Assembly (NCBI GenBank): GCA_032718475.1
Contig: JAUCBJ010008429.1
Location: 1-45,400 of the forward strand
Source: Nemertoderma westbladi
Taxonomy: Eukaryota > Animalia > Xenacoelomorpha
Reading direction: 5' to 3'
DNA: 45,400 nucleotides
Below the pieces are notes generated by a model. It worked only from the letters and a program-made list of their open reading frames with translations, was not told where the DNA came from and made no database searches. Shown here one piece after another: positions 34,553 to 45,400 of this stretch (the stretch's first letter is position 1; every line of letters begins with the position of its first letter). A program made the position numbers and the translations under genes.

Positions 34553-37500
34553 GTTGTACACCACTGTGTACAGTCAGATAGTATATACATACAGTTGTAC
34601 ACCACTGTGTACAGTCAGATAGTATATACATACAGTTGCACACCACTGTGTACAGTCAGATAGTATATACATACAGTTGCACACCACTGTGTACAGTCAG
34701 ATAGTATATACATACAGTTGCACACCACTGTGTACAGTCAGATAGTATATACATACAGTTGCACACCACTGTGTACAGTCAGATAGTATATACATACAGT
34801 TGCACACCACTGTGTACAGTCAGATAGTATATACATACAGTTGCACACCACTGTGTACAGTCAGATAGTATATACATACAGTTGCACACCACTGTGTACA
34901 GTCAGATAGTATATACATACAGTTGCACACCACTGTGTACAGTCAGATAGTATATACATACAGTTGCACACCACTGTGTACAGTCAGATAGTATATACAT
35001 ACAGTTGCACACCACTGTGTACAGTCAGATAGTATATACATACAGTTGCACACCACTGTGTACAGTCAGATAGTATATACATACAGCTGTACACCACTGT
35101 GTACAGTCAGATAGTATATACATACAGTTGCACACCACTGTGTACAGTCAGATAGTATATACATACAGTTGCACACCACTGTGTACAGTCAGATAGTATA
35201 TACATACAGTTGCACACCACTGTGTACAGTCAGATAGTATATACATACAGTTGCACACCACTGTGTACAGTCAGATAGTATATACATACAGTTGCACACC
35301 ACTGTGTACAGTCAGATAGTATATACATACAGTTGCACACCACTGTGTACAGTCAGATAGTATATACATACAGTTTTACACCACTGTGTACAGTCAGATA
35401 GTATATACATACAGTTGCACACCACTGTGTACAGTCAGATAGTATATACATACAGTTGCACACCACTGTGTACAGTCAGATAGTATATACATACAGTTGC
35501 ACACCACTGTGTACAGTCAGATAGTATATACATACAGTTGCACACCACTGTGTACAGTCAGATAGTATATACATACAGTTGCACACCACTGTGTACAGTC
35601 AGATAGTATATACATACAGTTGCACACCACTGTGTACAGTCAGATAGTATATACATACAGTTGCACACCACTGTGTACAGTCAGATAGTATATACATACA
35701 GTTGCACACCACTGTGTACAGTCAGATAGTATATACATACAGTTGCACACCACTGTGTACAGTCAGATAGTATATACATACAGTTGTACACCACTGTGTA
35801 CAGTCAGATAGTATATACATACAGTTGCACACCACTGTGTACAGTCAGATAGTATATACATACAGTTGCACACCACTGTGTACAGTCAGATAGTATATAC
35901 ATACAGTTGCACACCACTGTGTACAGTCAGATAGTATATACATACAGTTGCACACCACTGTGTACAGTCAGATAGTATATACATACAGTTGCACACCACT
36001 GTGTACAGTCAGATAGTATATACATACAGTTGCACACCACTGTGTACAGTCAGATAGTATATACATACAGTTGCACACCACTGTGTACAGTCAGATAGTA
36101 TATACATACAGTTGCACACCACTGTGTACAGTCAGATAGTATATACATACAGTTGCACACCACTGTGTACAGTCAGATAGTATATACATACAGTTGCACA
36201 CCACTGTGTACAGTCAGATAGTATATACATACAGCTGTACACCACTGTGTACAGTCAGATAGTATATACATACAGTTGCACACCACTGTGTACAGTCAGA
36301 TAGTATATACATACAGTTGCACACCACTGTGTACAGTCAGATAGTATATACATACAGTTGCACACCACTGTGTACAGTCAGATAGTATATACATACAGTT
36401 GCACACCACTGTGTACAGTCAGATAGTATATACATACAGTTGCACACCACTGTGTACAGTCAGATAGTATATACATACAGTTGCACACCACTGTGTACAG
36501 TCAGATAGTATATACATACAGTTTTACACCACTGTGTACAGTCAGATAGTATATACATACAGTTGCACACCACTGTGTACAGTCAGATAGTATATACATA
36601 CAGTTGCACACCACTGTGTACAGTCAGATAGTATATACATACAGTTGCACACCACTGTGTACAGTCAGATAGTATATACATACAGTTGCACACCACTGTG
36701 TACAGTCAGATAGTATATACATACAGTTGCACACCACTGTGTACAGTCAGATAGTATATACATACAGTTGCACACCACTGTGTACAGTCAGATAGTATAT
36801 ACATACAGTTGCACACCACTGTGTACAGTCAGATAGTATATACATACAGTTGCACACCACTGTGTACAGTCAGATAGTATATACATACAGTTGCACACCA
36901 CTGTGTACAGTCAGATAGTATATACATACAGTTGTACACCACTGTGTACAGTCAGATAGTATATACATACAGTTGCACACCACTGTGTACAGTCAGATAG
37001 TATATACATACAGTTGCACACCACTGTGTACAGTCAGATAGTATATACATACAGTTGCACACCACTGTGTACAGTCAGATAGTATATACATACAGTTGCA
37101 CACCACTGTGTACAGTCAGATAGTATATACATACAGTTGCACACCACTGTGTACAGTCAGATAGTATATACATACAGTTGCACATCACTGTGTACAGTCA
37201 GATAGTATATACATACAGTTGTACACCACTGTGTACAGTCAGATAGTATATACATACAGTTGCACACCACTGTGTACAGTCAGATAGTATATACATACAG
37301 TTGCACACCACTGTGTACAGTCAGATAGTATATACATACAGTTGCACACCACTGTGTACAGTCAGATAGTATATACATACAGTTGCACACCACTGTGTAC
37401 AGTCAGATAGTATATACATACAGTTGTACACCACTGTGTACAGTCAGATAGTATATACATACAGTTGCACACCACTGTGTACAGTCAGATAGTATATACA

Positions 37501-37876
37501 TACAGTTGCACACCACTGTGTACAGTCAGATAGTATATACATACAGTTGTACACCACTGTGTACAGTCAGATAGTATATACATACAGTTGCACACCACTG
37601 TGTACAGTCAGATAGTATATACATACAGTTGCACACCACTGTGTACAGTCAGATAGTATATACATACAGTTGCACACCACTGTGTACAGTCAGATAGTAT
37701 ATACATACAGTTGCACACCACTGTGTACAGTCAGATAGTATATACATACAGTTGCACACCACTGTGTACAGTCAGATAGTATATACATACAGTTGCACAC
37801 CACTGTGTACAGTCAGATAGTATATACATACAGTTGCACACCACTGTGTACAGTCAGATAGTATATACATACAGTT
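34553..37876. repeat. 41-bp satellite, about 81 highly homogeneous units
   Basis: GTTGCACACCACTGTGTACAGTCAGATAGTATATACATACA; decayed units continue to about 38600. Confidence 0.98.
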
Positions 37877-37939
37877 ATATTATTATAGAGTTGTACACAG
37901 TCATAAATTATGATACAGTGTTGTTCACCAGAGTTCAGC

Positions 37940-38375
37940 TAGTATTTAAACGGGATCCCGAACCCGAAAACCGGGATCCCTGTGAAAATCCCCATCCCGA
38001 CCTTTTTTTTGGAGCGGGATCCTGAATTATAAATAGTAAATTTCTTGAATATTCGATGAATAGTTTGTAGTTGTACCAGGACAGAACTGTATTGATTAGG
38101 CAAAATATTAAATTGTCGGATATCTGGATGTCAGTAAACCGTCCAGTAATCAACTATAAATAAATATTGATATAATAATTTTATCTTACTAATATTTCAG
38201 CAGCGTGAAATATAGTGATAGCATATTGCCAAAAAACCGCTTTATACTAACACAGCAATGTAATACTGAAATCTTTAAGAACATTTTTATTCAAAATTGC
38301 AATCCCGATCCCGAAAATCGGGATCCCGGACCCGATCCCAGAAATCCCGAAAATTCGGATCCCGTTTAAACTCTA
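37940..38375. mobile_element. MITE with TAG..TTTAAACGGGATCC TIRs and ATCCCG subterminal repeats (hAT-like)
   Basis: Inverted termini visible; TSD not clean. Confidence 0.65.
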
Positions 38376-39006
38376 GTACAGACATATAATACAGCTGTAG
38401 GCCCACTAATATCCATCCATAAACTAGGCTGCAACCTGTCTACTGTCATACAGTCATAAATACAGTTATTTGTACAGTGTGCAGTCAGAATTCAATTGTA
38501 CATTTGTGTACATCCATATATTAAAGTTATACACCAGTGTACAGTAATATAATACAGTTATATACTGCTTACAATGTGTTACCAGTGGATAATATGTACG
38601 AAATTTTCTGGTTAGACTTTCGTATTTTGTTTTCAGCTCAATATTTGCTATGATCGCTCTCTAGTTGAGGATAATATATTTGGATGAAATATATTTAATA
38701 CTAATAGGTTGTAAATTTAAATATATGCGATTTAATTTATAATATTTATTGAGTTTACTTGTTTTTGTTTCAGTTTAGGTCAGTTTTTGGTCTGTAATGG
38801 TTATTTTTTTACTACCTCGTTTTTTGTTCCTTAGACTTAGAAAGTGTATTTATTTATTGGTTCGACTTTCTGTTCTAATTTAATTCATTCATAACTGAGT
38901 GTTCAATATATTATATTGGTACTTACCAATTGAGAGTTATTACTTTCTAGGAATCGCTAATTGTAATAATAATAACGAAATATGATAAGGATCTAACTTT
39001 CAGACA

Positions 39007-39183
39007 TATCGCCCTCTAGCGGCAGACTGGAGAACTGCATATGGATTAGCTTCCTATTAAAAACACGGCTAATGGTCGAGTACATATCTGCAAAGTTCCA
39101 GCTTGCAATGGATTAAAAGCAAAGAACCGTGTGGATATATAATGTTCAGCATGTAGCCCTCTAGCGGGAGACTACTGAACTGA
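39007..39183 (-). promoter_or_regulatory. Two tandem CTCF-like sites
   Basis: Minus strand TGCAGTTCTCCAGTCTGCCGCTAGAGGGCGA and TCAGTTCAGTAGTCTCCCGCTAGAGGGCTA. Confidence 0.5.
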
Positions 39184-40139
39184 TGGTTTCTGAAAGTCTC
39201 TCTAGAATCTCAACTTATGGTCCTCCCGTAAATCCTTACAAATTTTCGCCTCGACTTCTCGAAAAGGTATCCGCCAATTGCACAATCTTGCTTCTTTTCA
39301 GTATGGTGGATAGGCCACGACTTTCTTCAGACGCCTCTTAATCTTTAAAAAGGACACAGGCGTTGGACATGTTAGATTGGTGGATAATTTCGCGAATGCC
39401 GATTATTGATACCCCTTGTCAACTCCCGGGAGTTCACACATGGGGTCCCACAGGGGGTTGGTTAGCTGTCGGACGACTTTAATATTCTGAATTTATAAAT
39501 TGCTAATTATTAAAAAAAAACGCATTGGTATTATGGATGCATACACCGAGCAGGACCAGAAACTAAAATACAACTTAGTAGTTAATATGTTTTGAAAGTT
39601 AATTATTTTGATTTTATCAATGTTTTCAATTCCCTCGAACCATTTAATTGTGAAATTTTTGCCAAATTGACCATTAATATCGGGCTAAAAAGGTAAAAAA
39701 GTTATACAAATATACATTTGAATATTATACCAAAAACATCCTTACACCAGTATCACAATCTTACCAAAAACAACATTTTTCAAAGAAATTAATTAATAAC
39801 AATATGTTAAAAATATTGCAAGCAGAGTGATGAGCAATTCAAGAACACGGTTACTACTGTATAAACATATTATTACTTCACCCTTCCGTGAAACACGGAA
39901 AATATACCAAAGAGCTAACTTTGCAAGCTAACTCGTGGTCCTTGCAATCTGAAACTTTGTCAAAACCTTTTTTAGACCATTTCCAACAAGTTAGCATTTT
40001 ACCACTTTTGCAGTCCAGTGTGTCATGTGTATGAAAAACTTGGCCCCCCTTAGCGGCATTATGGGAATTGGTACTTTTCAAACACACTTAAACACTCAAG
40101 AGTATCGAATGGCCATAATGCTAACTTACAAACACACTT

Positions 40140-41720
40140 CTTACACTTACATTCCATTTGTACCAACTACCAAGTGTTAAATGATTATATAAGAGCGCAA
40201 ATACCCTAATACGCTTACTCGCTGAATGTTGATTGCGAATACCCCTCCGTTTCGCGAATAGCCAATTTCACACTTATTACCTAATAATAAAAGCGTTTGC
40301 ATAAACTCCGGGAGCGCTAAAGTCTTAACTTATTACTTTCCTTTTAGATGGCCTTTGAAAGTACTCTATACAATGTTATAACCCGATAACTGTGTATTGT
40401 CATGGAAACGTAATGGTTTCTTACCTGGACATCCATACAATGTATTTCAATTTATTGCACAGGCGACATATTATTATGTAGTGAGTGATTGCCGTGAAAT
40501 GGAAAACCTAGACATTGACAATCGTTATTTCAAAATTCATCCGGTCCAATTGTTGAGATACCCCAAATTGAGGTTCTAAATTTGTGAAATTATTCGTGCT
40601 ATTTGTTTTTATGTAGAGTAATGCGTAATTTTATTCCACAAAGATGCCTTTTATATCAGGTAAATTGCAATAATTGGTGCATTATAAGGCTACATAAGCG
40701 TGCGCTATTTTTATGAAAATTAACAACTTGACAGCCATTGATTGTAGGCTAAGTGTTAGATTATTTAGTTGATGTACCAATTGCAATTAGTTGCTTAAAA
40801 AGGATATGAATTTTATTAATATTCCTAAACATTACAATGTTAACGCTAATAATTAAGCGTTCAGAACGTCGTTAAATTGACATAATTTAACAAAATGGCC
40901 AACATAATTTTGTGAAAAGGGGTCACTGTCAACATTTATGAATGAATGTCCCTTATATATTATAGAAACATACCCCGCCACCCTCGCTCGGTACATAAAT
41001 ACTGCTTATGTGAAACTTTTCACACAATGATGTAAAATAGATATTGTTTCAATTTTATCCATGTACAGTAATTGCAGGAAAAATAATACAATCCAATTAT
41101 TATTCGTGTAGCATCAGTTATAAATCGGTAAAATATGAAAGTTTGTTTACATAACTCATTACGTCGGTTTTTCTGACTTTTATTGTCTGCTATATTTTTA
41201 TTTTTTTTACCTATCAATAATTATTTTTACTTTCTCTCGTGTTATTTTAATTTTTGTTGAATAATCAATCACACTTATATTCAATTTGTACTAAGTGCTA
41301 AATGATTATAAGACCAAAATACCATAATACGCTAACTCGCTGAATGTTGATTGCGAATACCCCTCCGTTTCGCGAATAGCCAATTTCACACTTATCAATA
41401 ATTAATAATAAAAGCGTTTGCATAAACTCTGGGAGCGCTAAAGTACCCGATAACTTTGTATTGTCATGGAAACGTATTTTAATAGATTTTTAACTGCACA
41501 TTGACAACTAGTCTAATGAAACATAGGCAAACCGAAATTTATTCCCAGACTGAACGAATAAGAATGGTGAAATGGAAAACTTACACCATGACAGACAATC
41601 GTTATTAGAATATTTCCTCGTTTAGTCTATTATTGTTGAGATATACTAAAATACATAACGCAAACTCAAACTGTAGCAAATTTAATTTGGATTGTAAATT
41701 GATGAAATTAATTAGTGAAA
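40140..41720. repeat. Diverged direct duplication (about 40140-40590 vs 41270-41720)
   Basis: Shared ACTCGCTGAATGTTGATTGCGAATACCCCTCCGTTTCGCGAATAGCCAATTTCACACTTAT and further blocks. Confidence 0.85.
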
Positions 41721-42075
41721 CAATGTGTCGGATTAATAATTAACAATTGTTAAAATGCGAAACAATTAAAATTCACTATAATGATAGGCTGCTCAGAGTA
41801 ACTTAAACCCACATAAATAATTCCCTTGAGTGAATTCTAACCGCGTAGGAAAATTTAATATAAAAATGTTAATTATGCGATCATTTGGGTAATTTTTATC
41901 TTATGAAAAGATAATTAAAGGAGTCATAGTGAAATTCTCATATTAAAGTAACGTTTCAAAACCAATCTGGTAATTCTAAAGTGCCGGGGGAAAACTTAAC
42001 ACAAGAATTGGAGCCGCACCTAACTAATATATCATGGACACTGATAAAATACAAGAAATATAATAATAATTATGA

Positions 42076-42359
42076 ATGGGAGAACCTTTTAGGCTCATTA
42101 AGCCAAGGAATTCCTGTTCACCACCATGGGTGATCTAGATCTTCCACAGTAAACCCTTCCCTTCCACTCTGTTTCCCAAGTTGCCTTGGTTCTCATTAAT
42201 CTACCACTGAAAGATGAAAGCCAGGGAGGGTTGGGCTAGGCTGCAGCATTTAAAGCACTGTGCCCAAACAGTGCTGCCCCATCTAAGGATCGAACCAGGG
42301 CCCCCTAATTGGAAATCCAGGAATGTCACCACTAGACCAACCTGCTACTTCCCATAATT
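42076..42359 (-). mobile_element. Full-length tRNA-derived SINE with 18-bp TSD
   Basis: A box TGGTCTAGTGG and B box GGTTCGATCC on minus; ATATAATAATAATTATGA at 42058-42075 and 42360-42377. Confidence 0.8.
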
Positions 42360-42399
42360 ATATAATAATAATTATGATGACACAGATCATGATTTGAAG

Positions 42400-43420
42400 T
42401 CTTATTGGTAGTCCTTCAGGGTGACACACTTGCACTATTCTTATTCGTAATTGTGGTTGATTGTGTTCTACGCATGTCCTTAGACCATCTTTAAAGATGG
42501 GGTAATGGTAACACCCCCTACTGGCAAAAAAAGTAGAGGAAATCCAGCAAAGTACCTTACTGATCTTGATAACTTAGGGGTACTGTCAGATTTACTAGGG
42601 GGAGCCCAAAGGCTCCTCTACTCATTGGAGCAGGTTGCTTCTAGTGTTGGTCTTTTTGTAAATTGAAAGAAGACCAAAATCATGACAGTCAACCTAGACA
42701 GCCCTTAATAAATGTCTGATCGGAAGGGCATAAGCTCTAAGGATGGCTTGCTTGAGCACGAGGATGAATTCTGCTACTTGGGATCATGGATCACAAAGTC
42801 AGGTGAAAACCTTCCGATACGTAATGGAAAGGCATGGGCAGCGTTAAATAGTCCAGTCCGTCCAGGATTTGGAAGTCCCATAGAATAAGACAGAACCTTA
42901 ATGTTCGATTATTTATGGCAGCAGTAGTACCAGTTCTCTTATATGGGAGTCCAAGCTGGACTCTAACTGCAGAGGACACCAAATCTCTGGATGGTACTTT
43001 CACAAGAATGCTGCGCCGGGTTCATTGTGTCAAGTACAATGAACACATCTCCAATCAGACTCTATACAACATTGGATGCGTTCCATTAATCTCCCCTAGC
43101 TTGACACTTGAACGGAACTGCCTCCGCTTTGCAGGACATTGCGTTCGCCGCGAGGACCAGCCAGTGCATAATCCTGTGCTTTGGCGCCCTCGTGGAGTGA
43201 ATAAGCATGGTGGACAGCCCATGACTTTCTTGAGACGCATCTTAAAGGACACTGGCTTCGAAGATGCGGAATATCTAGCAAATGTCATGGGTGATAGGGA
43301 GTTGTGGCGGCGCATTTTTGTCACCAAGACGGCACAGCATTCTTAATATATATGTAATATATATATGATGCAGCTGCAATGCAGCTTGCCGATCGTAGTT
43401 GTAGTAGTAGTCTAGTAGTA
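42400..43420 (+). mobile_element. 5'-truncated RTE-clade LINE related to 8590-11692, ending in a (TAG)n-like tail
   Basis: AAVVPVLLYG..WTLTAEDTKSLDGTFTRMLRRV shared with the 11253 ORF. Confidence 0.9.
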
Positions 43421-44256
43421 TGATGAAAAATGTGAAGCATTAGTTGCAACACTAACTGAAATATGACTCATCCCATTGCACTGATTCAAATGACCTTGAC
43501 TAATAGGAGCTAGGCTACGGCAATTTTGATATTTTGTATCTCTTAGAATTTTCCAATGAGTCTTTTTCCCAAGTTTTGTTTTGGATCCGTTACTGTAAAA
43601 TTATCCATTATAATATTTAATATAACATTCCCTTGCAATAAATAGACCTGTAAACTGATCTCTGATGTTTTCAAAAGCCTTTTTAATACCTCCCGTAACT
43701 ACTGTAATCTTTGACAAGTTTTTCTGATAAATGAAAATTACGGTTCCCAAAAATCAGGTATCCCGATTGCCAAAGTAGGGATCACTGAGCCAAATTACAG
43801 AAATACTTAATATTTGATCATGTTAAACACTAGTTTGCAGTTAGTACAACATGAATAAACCATGCAGTTAGGTGTATAATAATACTGTTCGGGTTTGCAG
43901 TTAGCTCAACATTAATTAGACCATGCAGTTAGGTGTATAATAATACACCTAGAGGCAGCTCTCTAGTGATCAGTTCATTATCAATTTGTCAGGCGAAGAA
44001 CTACTTGTCCCTCGAGACCAAGATAAGAACTTTCGCAGATTCGATTCCCATTTGACCCTTGACCTGTGTTCTTAATAAACAGTCACTGTCGTGGAATGGA
44101 ACCATTTTTGGAAGGGTTAGTTTATATTTATCCAAACATGGTTTATTTAACACAATTATTCACATTTAATGTGCGGGTGTAACAAATATTTTTATTTAGA
44201 AAATAGTTTGTTGATTTACGTTATCCTAATAATTCTCTATAAAATTAAATTGAAGG

Positions 44257-44345
44257 CTACTACTACGATCAGCATGCTGCATTGCTAGATCATCCTCATC
44301 TTCAAGCACAGTGTCTTTTAAGATGCGTCTCAAGAAATTCGTGGG
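44257..44345 (-). mobile_element. Short 3' fragment of the same RTE LINE
   Basis: Reverse complement matches 43220-43280 and 43377-43410. Confidence 0.7.
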
Positions 44346-44699
44346 TCAGAAAAAGCAGATAGCTGACGACAAAAAACTCAAAAAGTTGAAAAGTGTTGGA
44401 TGATGGAACTATTTACGTCAACATTTTACAAACATGATCGAAATACTAATTCTTTTTGTATAATTTATCTATGAAACGCAATCTTTAATTTCAGTTCAGA
44501 AAATAAAGTAAATGTTTAATTAATCCTTCACGTAATATCAATAAATTATTATCAGATATTAATGGTATCATCAATAAAAAGTTAGCTTACTTTATAACGA
44601 AATGGCTTTATATATAGATAGATATAGATATATATATATATATATATAGATGTATAGGCTACTGTATATAGCTTACAGATAACGAAAAAGAGCCCTTAC

Positions 44700-44995
44700 T
44701 TACCCGTTGCTAGGGCGAAAGTCATACCCGATATAGTGGGGTGGGTGTTGGTCACATAGCCCCAAACTTGTTAGTTCAGCCGTTGCTAAGGAGAAAATCT
44801 ATGTTGCTATGGTAACTGACTTAAAAATGTGTCCATTAAACTCCCCATACACGATATAGTACTGATTTCTGTTGATCCAATGGCCACAAAGTTGTTTGTT
44901 TACCCATTGCTAAGGAGAAAGTCACTGTTGCTATGGTAACTGTGACTTAAAAATGTGTCCATTAAATTCCCCATACACGATATAGTACTGATATG
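44700..44995. repeat. About 124-bp duplicated unit with GTTGCTATGGTAAC palindromes; related sequence at 186-225
   Basis: Directly visible. Confidence 0.75.
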
Positions 44996-45400
44996 TGTTG
45001 GTCTCATGATCATAGAGTGAAATGAAGTAACACTTCCTACTTGGCCTCTTATTTTTTTGATGGCAGCTCTGTGTCCAGGCCTGTTATTTTATGAAGGCCC
45101 TGCCTTAACCAATATGTAGACAGCTATCATTATGTTGCATTCTACCAAACCATGCGCTTTAAGTAGATACCTCATAATCCTATGTAACCTACCTAATACA
45201 ATTATACCATTCAGTATGTAGACACATGACCACTCATGGGATTTCCCTATCAACTTCTCCCAACCTTATAACCCAACCTGCAACCCTATATTTGTACTTT
45301 AGATTGACAGCTTACAACTAACTCGGTGTACTTTCCCTATCACAATTACCTTACAGTTATACACGTACATACATACACGTTAACCTTTCTGGGATTCACC

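Noticed and set aside
34553-37876. CRISPR-like array (also 13086-13345 and 31538-32373)
   Set aside because: Units are contiguous with no unique spacers, there are no cas genes, and the context is eukaryotic.
43377-44285. DNA transposon defined by about 33-bp inverted ends
   Set aside because: Both ends follow RTE 3' sequence, so they are better explained as two tail-to-tail LINE ends.

Overview
AT-rich, repeat-laden animal (probably invertebrate) genomic DNA. The last five coding exons of a ZSWIM8 (Dora/EBAX-1) orthologue lie on + (12323-33250). An intronless FMR1/FXR-family gene (5524-7407, +) lies upstream of them, probably nested in an earlier ZSWIM8 intron. An 18-kb ZSWIM8 intron holds an antisense Bel/Pao LTR retrotransposon (LTR-internal-LTR-truncated internal, 14792-31537) inserted in a 30-bp minisatellite. 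The element is unusual in three ways: (1) at the position where env would sit, an ORF encodes a DEDDy-type 3'-5' exonuclease plus CCHC zinc knuckles; (2) a 63-aa ORF overlaps the gag start by ATGA; (3) several arrays of repeated RNA motifs with compensatory base changes lie in the LTR, in gag and between pol and the exonuclease. The remainder is degenerate RTE and CR1/L2 LINEs, tRNA-derived SINEs, MITE/foldback elements and a 41-bp satellite. All homology calls come from motif recognition by eye; no searches were run.
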